Shown here: positions 1 to 8,751 of the stretch, in pieces
Position numbering within the stretch: position 1 is the first letter of the stretch
How the letters are laid out: each line of letters opens with the position of its first letter
NCBI GenBank assembly: GCA_903840015.1
Contig: CAIMEL010000004.1
Span: forward strand, 30,671 to 94,670
Length of the DNA: 64,000 bases
Direction of reading: 5' to 3'
From: an uncultured bacterium
GTDB lineage: Bacteria > Patescibacteriota > Dojkabacteria > SC72
Notes under the pieces: model-generated
The model's database searches: none
What the model was told of the DNA's origin: nothing
The model's input: the letters and a program-made list of their open reading frames with translations, nothing else
Position numbers and translations under genes: made by a program

Positions 1-269
1 GTCATAGAGTTAGGTCGAGAGAAAGATTGATTAGTAAATCGTTCATATGTTCCGATATCCATATCTGTTTCAAATCCATCATCAAGAACAAAGGTTTCTC
101 CATGTTCTAAGGGATTCATAGTTCCTGCATCAACATTGAGATATGGATCTGCCTTAATCATAGTTATTTTCTTACCATATGACTTAAGAATGAAGCCCAG
201 AGAGGCAGCTGTGATACCTTTTCCAATTCCAGAAATGACGCCTCCCGAGATGAATATGTATTTGGACAT
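1..269 (-). CDS. pyrG: CTP synthase, N-terminal 89 codons; gene continues beyond window start
   Basis: Minus-strand translation from ATG (rc of 267-269) gives [25 protein letters not shown]...[29 protein letters not shown], the canonical PyrG N-terminus; open to position 1. Confidence 0.9.
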   Translation of the reverse strand, partial: MSKYIFISGGVISGIGKGITAASLGFILKSYGKKITMIKADPYLNVDAGTMNPLEHGETFVLDDGFETDMDIGTYERFTNQSFSRPNSM

Positions 270-327
270 GTAATTATTTATTAGAGGTTATTCGATAATC
301 TATAGGAACTAAACAGTACTGTCAACC

Positions 328-765
328 TTAATATATTTTTCCTTTTTTAATAGTAAATTCAGTATACAACTCTTTGCAACTTTTTCTTTCTATTTGTTTC
401 TCAGTATAATTTTTACTGTTACCACTCATCTCATCAAACCCTATGCTCTTAGCATCAGCATAAGTGCAGCCGTAATATACTTTTGATATTTTCGCCCATT
501 TCAAAGCTGCTTTACACATAGGGCAGGGACGCCCTGTTGTATAGAGTATACAACCATTTAGGTTAAAGCTTCTTAAAGTCTTACTTGCATCTCTGATTGC
601 CTGAATCTCTGCATGACATGTAGCATCATTCTCCTTAACTACAGTATTATGTCCCCTACCGACTATTCGGCCTTTTTTAACAATTACTGCCCCAAATGGA
701 CCTCCATGTGCATTCTTGATACCCATCTCAGCCTCTTTGATAGCTTCCTGCATAAATTTGTTCAT
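328..765 (-). CDS. CMP/dCMP-type zinc deaminase, guanine-deaminase (B. subtilis GuaD)-like
   Basis: 145 aa; HAE(I) zinc/catalytic motif and PCPMC motif; N-terminal GGPFGAVIV..G...G.N strongly resembles GuaD-type CDA-fold deaminases. Confidence 0.75.
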   Translation of the reverse strand: MNKFMQEAIKEAEMGIKNAHGGPFGAVIVKKGRIVGRGHNTVVKENDATCHAEIQAIRDASKTLRSFNLNGCILYTTGRPCPMCKAALKWAKISKVYYGCTYADAKSIGFDEMSGNSKNYTEKQIERKSCKELYTEFTIKKGKIY

Positions 766-1616
766 TAGAATTTCCTATTGAAATTAATACCCTCTGCATC
801 TATCTTCTTTCCACTTCTACCAAGATCCTTTTCATATCTCCTTGCAAATTCTCTGTACTCGAGAACCTTCTTTCTTCTCTCAGAAACAGATGTAGTAGCA
901 AGCATTCCAGGTCCATTGATACAGCCACCTTTACAATTTAAAACATCTAGGAATTTGTAATGCTTGTAAACACCATCCTTAAACCCTTCAAAAACCTTCA
1001 TCAAGTCATTCAGGCCCTCCATTACAAGTATTTCGCTTTCTTTAAAAAGATTTGAATAGTTTAAAGTTGCAGACAATCCTCCTGATATGGGGTATATCTT
1101 AGTGTAGTCATTGTAAAACTTGTCAAAGGAAATCCAGTATTTACTTTCTTCTACCTTGTCCGGAATGTTTCTCTCTTTGAATAGGGTTTCTAACTCTTTG
1201 AAAGTTAAAACCTCATCTATTGTACCTACCTCTTTTGCTTCGAGTTTCTTTGTCATACAAGGTCCAACAAATACTACCTTGTATTCAGGATACAGTTTCC
1301 TGCAAATCAATCCCATACAACCCATAGGCGAGTGCACAGGGACTAAATTAGGTATTAATTCTGGATACTTTACTTTAATATAGTTGACTATTGTTGGGCA
1401 GGGAGACGCTATCCATGTCTTCTTTTCACCCTTATCTATACTATCTTTTAATACAGAGTAGTAAGTCATATTGGTCATTTTTGCACCAAAGGTCACTTCC
1501 ATGACCTTGTCAAAACCCAACATTCTTAAACGGTATACTATCTCAGGATATTCGAATTCAGTAACAAATGATGGTGCTAACAGACAGATATACTTTTCCC
1601 CATTTTTGAATTCCAT
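765..1616 (-). CDS. [FeFe]-hydrogenase H-cluster-domain-like protein (minimal, 283 aa)
   Basis: Contains H-cluster-like motifs L2 (GPCMTKKLEAKE ~ MPCxxKxxE) and L3 (LNCKGGCINGPG ~ CxxGGCxxGGG); L1-like SPCP has a single Cys instead of SCCP. ATGA overlap with the downstream deaminase gene. Confidence 0.55.
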   Translation of the reverse strand: MEFKNGEKYICLLAPSFVTEFEYPEIVYRLRMLGFDKVMEVTFGAKMTNMTYYSVLKDSIDKGEKKTWIASPCPTIVNYIKVKYPELIPNLVPVHSPMGCMGLICRKLYPEYKVVFVGPCMTKKLEAKEVGTIDEVLTFKELETLFKERNIPDKVEESKYWISFDKFYNDYTKIYPISGGLSATLNYSNLFKESEILVMEGLNDLMKVFEGFKDGVYKHYKFLDVLNCKGGCINGPGMLATTSVSERRKKVLEYREFARRYEKDLGRSGKKIDAEGINFNRKF

Positions 1617-1667
1617 ATTTCAATATACCGTAATTGAGAAATTTTAGAAATATATGTAAGATATATT

Positions 1668-2189
1668 ATGCAATTAGAAGAGAAAACAGAAGTAAAAGCT
1701 TTTTCAATATTAACAAACAGATACATTCAACTTTCACTCCTGTATCTTTTGCTTTTCTCTATGCCTTTCATACTCAAGTCACCTCAATTGTTAATTGGCT
1801 CTGTAATCAATTTCCTTTTAATAGTGGGGATTACCCAATTTAAAGCCAAAGAGATTTTACCAGCACTGTTTCTTCCATCGATATCAACATATATATATGG
1901 AACTCTCTTTGGAGGCGCAACTACCTTTCTAATATATCTAGTTCCACTAATTGGTCTCGCTAATATGCTCTTTGTCTTGTCATACAGGTATTTGAAGATT
2001 GAGCATTTGAATATCGTTGTCGCAGCAATTCTTAAAACTGTTTTCCTCTTTACAATTACCTACATACTTTTCAAAGCCTCTGTACTTCCTCAAATTTTTC
2101 TAACAACAATGGGTATTTCTCAACTGTTTACTGCAATTATTGGTGGTGTTTCAGCACATCTTTTCGTAAAGTCTTTAAAGAAAATATAA
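1668..2189 (+). CDS. polytopic membrane protein, function unknown (possibly ECF-type transporter S component)
   Basis: 173 aa, about 5-6 predicted hydrophobic helices; no diagnostic motif recognised. Confidence 0.4.
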   Translation: MQLEEKTEVKAFSILTNRYIQLSLLYLLLFSMPFILKSPQLLIGSVINFLLIVGITQFKAKEILPALFLPSISTYIYGTLFGGATTFLIYLVPLIGLANMLFVLSYRYLKIEHLNIVVAAILKTVFLFTITYILFKASVLPQIFLTTMGISQLFTAIIGGVSAHLFVKSLKKI

Positions 2190-2206
2190 TTTCATACTAC
2201 TGATAT

Positions 2207-2884
2207 ATGTATATAGATCCTTTTTATTGGTATTTTGCTCTTCCAGGAATTATTTTGACTATTTTGGCGCAAATCTATGTCAAAATTGTTTTCTCAAAAT
2301 ATTCGAAGAAAGATTCAGGACGAGGAATTACAGGATTGGAAACTGCTCAGCTACTGGCTGAAAGAGAAGATTTCCCAGTTACAATAACTACAAACCAAGG
2401 TGACTTGAATGATCATTTTGACCCCATTAGAGATATTGTTGGTATATCCAGAAGTAATACTACAAGTAACTCTATCTCAAATATAGCTGTAGTTGCTCAC
2501 GAGTTTGGTCATGTTGAACAAAAGTTCTCAGATTCCCTAATATACAAAATTAGGAGAGTAATTGTTCCTGTCACAGAATTTGGAACAAAGATAGGGTATG
2601 TTCTTTTTGTCATAGGAATCATAATATCAGCTCTAAGACTCTCTGAGATTGGATTAATATTCTTCTCCACTAGTGTGCTTTTTTCTTTGATAACACTACC
2701 ATTAGAATTTGATGCAAGCAAAAGAGCGGTGATCTTCATAGAGAAGTATGATTTAATTGCACCACAAGAAAGAGGGGGAGCTAAGAGCGTACTAAATGCT
2801 GCTGCCCTTACATATGTAGCAGGTCTGCTAACCTCCATCTTAAACCTGATGTACTACATCAGTATTCTAAACAGGAGAAGATAG
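2207..2884 (+). CDS. YugP-family membrane zinc metallopeptidase
   Basis: 225 aa; HEFGH (HExxH) motif; N- and C-terminal TM helices; architecture typical of the YugP putative neutral zinc metallopeptidase family. Confidence 0.7.
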   Translation: MYIDPFYWYFALPGIILTILAQIYVKIVFSKYSKKDSGRGITGLETAQLLAEREDFPVTITTNQGDLNDHFDPIRDIVGISRSNTTSNSISNIAVVAHEFGHVEQKFSDSLIYKIRRVIVPVTEFGTKIGYVLFVIGIIISALRLSEIGLIFFSTSVLFSLITLPLEFDASKRAVIFIEKYDLIAPQERGGAKSVLNAAALTYVAGLLTSILNLMYYISILNRRR

Positions 2885-2886
2885 TT

Positions 2887-3065
2887 TAATCGACAGGTTC
2901 AAAAGTAATCTCTTCCTCTGTTAAGGAAATTCTTGTCATAACAGGTTGCCCATTTTCATCTTCCTGAAGTAGGTAGGGAACTCCATCTCGTCTAAAGTAG
3001 ACATTTGAAGGATCTATCTCATCTGTACCGTTTAAATATCTAGTTTCTTTGAATTCGTTTACCAT
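2887..3065 (-). CDS. small acidic hypothetical protein (59 aa), not in ORF track
   Basis: Minus-strand ATG..TAA ORF (MVNEFKETRYLNGTDEIDPSNVYFRRDGVPYLLQEDENGQPVMTRISLTEEEITFEPVD) exactly filling the gap between flanking genes; no SD. Confidence 0.3.
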
Positions 3066-3080
3066 AGTGAATGATTCAAT

Positions 3081-3782
3081 TTAAGATTTCAACATATACT
3101 TTAATCTTTCCTCTTTGTCAAACTTCTCAATTGCATATCTAAGCATAGTTCTGGGCATAACTTTACAGTTTTCATTTAAAAAAGCTCTTAATGTTGGAAT
3201 ATCTCGCTTCCCAACCTCTCGTAACATCCATCCTACAGCTTTGTGAATCAAATCGTGGTTATGACTTAACAGGAGCTTGCTAATTTCTAATATATCAACA
3301 AAATCGCCCTCTCTTATGAATGTAAATGTTGCCAAGACAGCTATTCTTACCTCCCAAATTGATTTACTTTTAACCAGTTTGTATAAAATCGTACGATCAT
3401 TATTCAGAAGAAATCTCCCAACAATATTTGGTGCTGTGAGATCAACTAGATCCCAGTTGTTAATATATTTTGTGTTTTTTAAATAATATTTGTAGATATT
3501 CAATCTCTCAGTATCGTTACCTTTCTCGAATTGTTTTACCAATACAAGCAAAGCGAAAAGCCTGTATTCGTGAATTTCAGAATGAAGAAAATATTCAATA
3601 TCAGTCAAAGAAATTTCTTTGTAGTATTCTTCACAAATCTTTCTAATATTTGGAACAACAACACCCAAGAAAACATCACCTTCACCATACTGTCCTTTAC
3701 CTGTTTTGAAAAATCTTTGTAGTATTCCTGCCTTTTCTTGAGATGCGTACGATTTAAAAGCTTCGACTATTTCTTCTCTCAT
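3081..3782 (-). CDS. DNA alkylation repair protein (AlkD/AlkC-like HEAT-repeat glycosylase family)
   Basis: 233 aa; overall similarity to the DNA_alkylation (PF08713) family (W..D.VD......G, REVGKR-like segment). Confidence 0.65.
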   Translation of the reverse strand: MREEIVEAFKSYASQEKAGILQRFFKTGKGQYGEGDVFLGVVVPNIRKICEEYYKEISLTDIEYFLHSEIHEYRLFALLVLVKQFEKGNDTERLNIYKYYLKNTKYINNWDLVDLTAPNIVGRFLLNNDRTILYKLVKSKSIWEVRIAVLATFTFIREGDFVDILEISKLLLSHNHDLIHKAVGWMLREVGKRDIPTLRAFLNENCKVMPRTMLRYAIEKFDKEERLKYMLKS

Positions 3783-4541
3783 CTACTGCCTTACAGCCAT
3801 CTTATTATATTCAGCCACATACACACCTAGTTTCATTTTGTCTTTCAGATTCTCTACTGTTACTTCCACATCACTAGTTAGAGGTAGAAGAGTAGGAGTA
3901 TCTGCTGTTCTTACAAGGATATGTAATTTGTCAGTAACCAAACCTGTCATAATTGCTCCAGATCCAATCAATGACTTAATATCTTGAAGTGAGAAATAGC
4001 TAAAACTTGTTAAACCACTACTATCTACATACTTTGGGTGAGTATGCATATTGAAAAGATATTCTACCGATATACTCTTAGGAGCATTCTTGTAATATAT
4101 GTCGACCTGCTTGATGGTCTTACCACTTAAAATTACCTCTTTGCGGTAGTAACCCTGTTTGACAGGGTGTGGAATATATCTAACAGAAATATTTTCATTT
4201 GTTGTTACAGATGATTCATCTCCTTTTACAACAGAAGTTACTATCAATTCACCATCAGCCCAGAATACTGAAATGGCTCTTTCTTTTCCATCACCCAATG
4301 TCAATTTGTGAATATTAATAACATCTTTCCAAAAATCAGAGGGAAAAGATATTGCTTCTGGGAGATTGGAAGGATATGGATACAATTTAGATGATTTCCA
4401 TTGAACCATCTTGTGATGGAAATCAAAGAAAGAGACTGAGTAGATTTTGTTACTAGAGAAGAATTCAGATAGCCAAGAAAACATATTTTTAAAAATCAAA
4501 TTTACTACTAATACTATACAGTAGCATTGACCTTTCTTCAA
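3783..4541 (-). CDS. hypothetical protein (contains HTHP...S..D segment, weak JAB/MPN-like resemblance)
   Basis: 252 aa ORF; N-terminus hydrophobic; no confident family assignment. True start may be downstream (MFSW.. or MVQW..). Confidence 0.4.
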   Translation of the reverse strand: MKKGQCYCIVLVVNLIFKNMFSWLSEFFSSNKIYSVSFFDFHHKMVQWKSSKLYPYPSNLPEAISFPSDFWKDVINIHKLTLGDGKERAISVFWADGELIVTSVVKGDESSVTTNENISVRYIPHPVKQGYYRKEVILSGKTIKQVDIYYKNAPKSISVEYLFNMHTHPKYVDSSGLTSFSYFSLQDIKSLIGSGAIMTGLVTDKLHILVRTADTPTLLPLTSDVEVTVENLKDKMKLGVYVAEYNKMAVRQ

Positions 4542-4569
4542 AACCTAGTAACATATATTAGGGTATTTA

Positions 4570-4722
4570 ACATTAAAGCGTATGGGCAATTAAGGAAATT
4601 GCAACGAGGTGAGAGTTATCGAAATATCAGCGGGTGCTCTCAGGCTATATTGTTAGCCTAAAGATTAATACAAATCTACAAAGATTAATCATCAATCCCT
4701 AACAATCTAAATTCATGCTACA
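4570..4722 (+). ncRNA. glmS ribozyme: glmS ribozyme (glucosamine-6-phosphate-sensing self-cleaving riboswitch) in the glmS 5' leader
   Basis: Immediately upstream of glmS. Core matches the B. subtilis glmS ribozyme: A|AGCG cleavage-site region, P1 hairpin GCAATTAAGGAAATTGC, AACGAGG, GTTATCGAA..T.TC.GCGG.TGC.CTC and GGCTATATTGTTAGCC (P3/P4 counterparts). Confidence 0.8.
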
Positions 4723-4727
4723 CAACT

Positions 4728-6506
4728 ATGTGCGGTATTTTTGGATACATTGGGAAAAGAGATGCGAAAAGAATAATTGTAGAAGGTCTTAAGAGATTAG
4801 AGTACAGAGGATATGATTCTTGGGGTATTGCACTTTTAGAAAAAGGGAAAATACATCAATACAGAGATATTAGCGAAATTAGTACAAACAAGAGGATACT
4901 AGATTTGCCTTGCTCGAATATTGGGATTGGACATACTCGATGGGCAACACATGGAGGAGTTTCAAAGAAGAATGCACATCCACACATATCCCTAACAAAG
5001 GATTTTACTCTAGTACAGAATGGTATTGTTGAGAACTTTGAAGATCTAAAAAAAGATTTAATAGCTAAACACGTCACTATTAAATCTGAAACGGATACGG
5101 AAATCATAGTCAGATTAATTGAAGAAGCAAGAAACAAAGAGAAGAATCTCAAAGAAAGTATCATATCTGTTTTTGAGAGATTAAAAGGGAGAAATACAAT
5201 TGCAGTCTTAGATTCAAAAAATGGGAAAATATATGCCATTAGAAATGGCTCTCCTTTGATACTCGGAATAGGGAAAGAAGAGATTTTCCTTGCGTCAGAT
5301 ACACTTTCCTTCTCTCCATACTGTAAGAATATTGTTGTGGTAGATAACTTAGAGATGGTCGAGATTGAACATAATAGTTTTAAAGTCACGGATTTAACCA
5401 ATTCAAAAGTCAAAAATGTTACTGTTACAAAATTAAAGTACCTGTACGAAGATATCGATAAAGGGGAGTATAAACACTATATGTTGAAGGAAATAGTCGA
5501 GCAATCAAACACCTTTATTAACGCCATAGCATACTCAGAAAAAGATCTTCAATCATTAAGTAAATCCATTAAACAGAGTAGTCGAGTATATATCATAGGC
5601 GCTGGTACAGCAGGGTTTGCTGCTGGTCAAATAGCATATTTCCTTCGAAATATAGGAGGGATAGATGCTCAAGATCTGAGAAGTTATGAATTTGCTAGCT
5701 ATCTACCAATCGTAAAACCAACAGACCTAATCGTAGCTTTATCTCAAAGTGGTGAGACGGCAGACACCATAGAGGCTTTGGAAGAGCTTAAGAAAAAAGG
5801 ATGTAAGATTGCAAGCCTTGTTAATATGTTGGGAACTACAATCAGTAGACTCTCTGACTATCAATTCTTCTCAAATGCAGGACCAGAGATATGTGTAGCT
5901 TCTACTAAGGTTTTCACTTCACAATGTGTATGGGGATATATATTAGCTAAGAACATTGTAGGAGATTTAAAAGGAGGTAAGCGGGAGATTCTCACACTTG
6001 CAAAAGAATTAAAAACTTTCTTCTCTTCTAAAAATCTTAGCAGTATCGACGAGATATCTAAGAAGCTTGTAAAGCAGGAACATATGTTCATTTTAGGAAA
6101 AGGACAAAATTTCAATATCGCACTAGAAGGTTCTTTGAAGATAAAAGAGATTTCCTACAAACATGTAGAAGGATTTGCTGCAGGGGAGTTAAAACATGGT
6201 GTAATAGCTTTAATTGAGAAAGGTACTGTTGTATTTGGAATTCTTTCGAATGATAGAGATAGTAAAGATATATTAAGTGCAATGGAGCAAGTAAAAGCCA
6301 GGGGAGCGTTTACTATCGGAATAGGGGACAAAAAATTCAAGAAAAAGGATGTATTTGATAGATATATTGTTACCCCAGGAAGAGACATAGCTAGTAGTAT
6401 TACAAATGTAATACCATTTCAATTAATCTCCTACTATCTTTCTGTTAGGTTGGGAAATAATATAGATAAACCTAGGAATCTAGCAAAATCTGTTACTGTT
6501 AAATAG
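4728..6506 (+). CDS. glmS: glutamine--fructose-6-phosphate aminotransferase (isomerizing)
   Basis: 592 aa; MCGIFGY N-terminal nucleophile Cys2, GATase-2 domain plus two SIS domains, C-terminal ..KPRNLAKSVTVK. Confidence 0.95.
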   Translation: MCGIFGYIGKRDAKRIIVEGLKRLEYRGYDSWGIALLEKGKIHQYRDISEISTNKRILDLPCSNIGIGHTRWATHGGVSKKNAHPHISLTKDFTLVQNGIVENFEDLKKDLIAKHVTIKSETDTEIIVRLIEEARNKEKNLKESIISVFERLKGRNTIAVLDSKNGKIYAIRNGSPLILGIGKEEIFLASDTLSFSPYCKNIVVVDNLEMVEIEHNSFKVTDLTNSKVKNVTVTKLKYLYEDIDKGEYKHYMLKEIVEQSNTFINAIAYSEKDLQSLSKSIKQSSRVYIIGAGTAGFAAGQIAYFLRNIGGIDAQDLRSYEFASYLPIVKPTDLIVALSQSGETADTIEALEELKKKGCKIASLVNMLGTTISRLSDYQFFSNAGPEICVASTKVFTSQCVWGYILAKNIVGDLKGGKREILTLAKELKTFFSSKNLSSIDEISKKLVKQEHMFILGKGQNFNIALEGSLKIKEISYKHVEGFAAGELKHGVIALIEKGTVVFGILSNDRDSKDILSAMEQVKARGAFTIGIGDKKFKKKDVFDRYIVTPGRDIASSITNVIPFQLISYYLSVRLGNNIDKPRNLAKSVTVK

Positions 6507-6514
6507 TACGATTT

Positions 6515-7111
6515 TTGTTTACAATATATATATCTAAATTCATATCTGCCATTATGGATACAGGAAGAGGTAAATCAATAGTACTTTTTGTGCTTTTAGG
6601 AGTGTTTTTTGTTGGAGGTATAGTATTTGCTTTCTTAATTTTACCTAATATGAATAGGACATTAGGAAACACTGATCTTAAAGTTGGATTTCCACTAGAT
6701 ATGACAGATTTAAGAGTATTGGATGATGGAGTAGGACTGTTTTGTAAAAACAAAGCTAAAACAATGACATTTGAAGTTAGGGAAGGTTCAAGGGTAATGG
6801 CAGTTAAAGATGGAACAGTATCATTTGTGGGAGATGGTACTGTGAAGATTGAATTAGATACAAATATGGAGGTTGAGTACTCGTCACTTTCAAGAATATC
6901 TGTTCAAGAGAGTGAGTATGTACTCCTAGGAGATACTATTGGTTATGCGGATAGTGGAGAGGTTTCTTTTGGAATTACCGATACAAAGGAGAGAGTGTAT
7001 TTGTGTCCATATGTTTACTTTAATGATGAAGGTAAGGAGATAGTGAATAGGGAATTGGATAAGATTGATTATTTTGACTCTATTTGTTTGTGTGATAATT
7101 TAAATTTTTAA
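6515..7111 (+). CDS. membrane-anchored LytM/M23-like domain protein, apparently non-catalytic (no His ligands)
   Basis: 198 aa; N-terminal TM; central beta-rich segment (MAVKDGTVSFVGDG...VEYSSLSRISVQESEYVLLGDTIGYA) resembles the M23 fold but lacks HxxxD/HxH motifs. Confidence 0.4.
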   Translation: MFTIYISKFISAIMDTGRGKSIVLFVLLGVFFVGGIVFAFLILPNMNRTLGNTDLKVGFPLDMTDLRVLDDGVGLFCKNKAKTMTFEVREGSRVMAVKDGTVSFVGDGTVKIELDTNMEVEYSSLSRISVQESEYVLLGDTIGYADSGEVSFGITDTKERVYLCPYVYFNDEGKEIVNRELDKIDYFDSICLCDNLNF

Positions 7112-7123
7112 AAACTATATATT

Positions 7124-7405
7124 ATGCCTGAGTATGCATACAGCATCATATTAGTTGTTTTGATTGTAACCATAATGGTTTGGTGGGTAGCAAAGAAAAA
7201 GAAAGAGGTATGGAAAGGAGAATTGATTAAGAAGAGTTGGAATCCAGGAGATATGGATAATACTCCTAGCTATACAATGATTTTTAAGACAGAGGAGGGT
7301 AAGAAGAAGAGATTTAATACTCCTGATCAGAGATATTATGATCAGTGGGAGGTAGGGGATAGGGCAGAGAAGGTTAAGGGTGATTTCTTTCCTAAGAAGG
7401 TGTAA
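7124..7405 (+). CDS. small membrane protein, hypothetical
   Basis: 93 aa; single N-terminal TM (IILVVLIVTIMVWWVA) followed by a charged soluble region. Confidence 0.45.
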   Translation: MPEYAYSIILVVLIVTIMVWWVAKKKKEVWKGELIKKSWNPGDMDNTPSYTMIFKTEEGKKKRFNTPDQRYYDQWEVGDRAEKVKGDFFPKKV

Positions 7406-7434
7406 GTATAGTATAATCGTATTCTGATAGTTAT

Positions 7435-7512
7435 GGTGGATGTAGCTCAATTGGTTAGAGCATCGGTTTGTGGAACCGAGGGTTGTGGGTTCAAATCCCA
7501 TCTTCCACCCCA
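7435..7512 (+). tRNA. tRNA-His: tRNA-His (anticodon GTG) with genomically encoded G-1 and 3' CCA
   Basis: Cloverleaf: acceptor GTGGATG/CTTCCAC (one U-U mismatch), D arm GCTC..GAGC, anticodon stem TCGGT/ACCGA with loop TTGTGGA (GTG), T arm GTGGG-TTCAAAT-CCCAT. Extra 5' G pairs with discriminator C73; CCA encoded. Confidence 0.85.
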
Positions 7513-7598
7513 GGAAATTTCTATTTGCTGCTAAATATTAAAAATACTTTTTAATTAACACCATTGGTCTTCTTTTATATTAATGGTATCCTTTTGGT

Positions 7599-8084
7599 AT
7601 GAAAAGGAATATTTTGATAACCATATTATTAATTATAATTGCTATTTTTGTTTATTATCTTGTCCGCCAATACATTCCATCTATTCAACCAATCGGTATA
7701 CTATCAACTCAAACAGAATTGGATTTAAGTGGTCAAGGATTAACAAAAGTTCCTGATTATGTATTTGAGCAAGTCAATTTAAAAGTATTAAATTTATCTA
7801 ATAATAATCTCACAGGTGCTATACCTGGAGAAATCAGATTTTTAACTAAACTTACGTCTTTAGACCTAAGCAATAATAAAATGACTGGGATTCCAGCTGA
7901 AATTGGTCAATTGAACAATCTAATTGTATTGAATCTTTCAAATAATGAATTAACTGGATTACCAAATGAACTTAGGAATCTAAAAAAACTCGAAACCTTT
8001 AACATCTCAGGGAATAACTATTCACAACATGATTTAGAAATTATTATTGGTGAATTAGATCCAGAAGTGTTAATTATTAAGTAA
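7599..8084 (+). CDS. leucine-rich-repeat (LRR) protein with N-terminal membrane anchor
   Basis: 161 aa; N-terminal TM; about 4-5 tandem LxxLxLSNNxLTGIP LRR units. Confidence 0.8.
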   Translation: MKRNILITILLIIIAIFVYYLVRQYIPSIQPIGILSTQTELDLSGQGLTKVPDYVFEQVNLKVLNLSNNNLTGAIPGEIRFLTKLTSLDLSNNKMTGIPAEIGQLNNLIVLNLSNNELTGLPNELRNLKKLETFNISGNNYSQHDLEIIIGELDPEVLIIK

Positions 8085-8220
8085 ATCTGAAGATATTCAC
8101 ATACAATATTATTGTATTTTTTATAACCCAAGAATTTAACCATTCCCCAAAATATGTGACATAATCTGATATATATGTATAAACATATTAGATTCTATTT
8201 CTTAATCTACTTTTCATCAG

Positions 8221-8751
8221 ATGGAAGAGCTCGTTAATAAATATATTAAGGAAAGAAAAAAAGAAGATTTTGCATTAATCTACAGACTCTCTTTTGACAA
8301 CCTCTACAGATTCATACTATCCAAAACAAACAGTAAAGAGATTACAGATGAAGTTGTAAGTGATACATATTTCCTTCTAATTGATTTAATTGATCATTAT
8401 GATTCTACAAAATCTAAATTCTCTACATTTCTTTTCGGTATAGCATTAAACAAACTAAGACAAAAATGGAGTAATCAAAAAGCTAACAAGACATTCTCTT
8501 TAAATGAAGATATCTACATTGATCAAAATAACTACAAACCATCTTCAAGAAGAAAAGAGTTAATCAAGAAAATAGAGGATGCTTTACCACAACTATCTAC
8601 TAAATACAGAAAAATATTAGAAAAAAGATTCTTTGAATCTAAAACCATTAAAACAGTATCTGAAGAATTAAATCTATCGATATCTAATGTAACAACAATA
8701 CAGAATAGGGCACTGAATAAATTAAGAGCAATTATTAATGAGAAAATATGA
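8221..8751 (+). CDS. RNA polymerase sigma-70 family (ECF-type) sigma factor
   Basis: 176 aa; region-2-like segment (FSTFLFGIALNKLRQ) and C-terminal region-4 HTH (LSISNVTTIQNRALNKLR). Confidence 0.7.
   Translation: MEELVNKYIKERKKEDFALIYRLSFDNLYRFILSKTNSKEITDEVVSDTYFLLIDLIDHYDSTKSKFSTFLFGIALNKLRQKWSNQKANKTFSLNEDIYIDQNNYKPSSRRKELIKKIEDALPQLSTKYRKILEKRFFESKTIKTVSEELNLSISNVTTIQNRALNKLRAIINEKI

Noticed and set aside
3783-4541. JAB/MPN metalloprotease assignment for the HTHP-containing hypothetical protein
   Set aside because: The HTHP and downstream S..D residues are present. However, the H-to-S spacing (17 residues) and the missing upstream Glu do not fit the E-x(n)-HxH-x7-S-x2-D JAMM motif.

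Kept as hypothetical.
4856-5413. 185-aa minus-strand ORF inside glmS
   Set aside because: Antisense to the unambiguous glmS coding sequence.
7151-7501. 116-aa minus-strand ORF (MGFEPTTLGS...)
   Set aside because: Antisense translation of the tRNA-His gene and its upstream region. MGFEPTT is the classic antisense-tRNA artefact.

It also overlaps the well-supported 7124..7405 gene.
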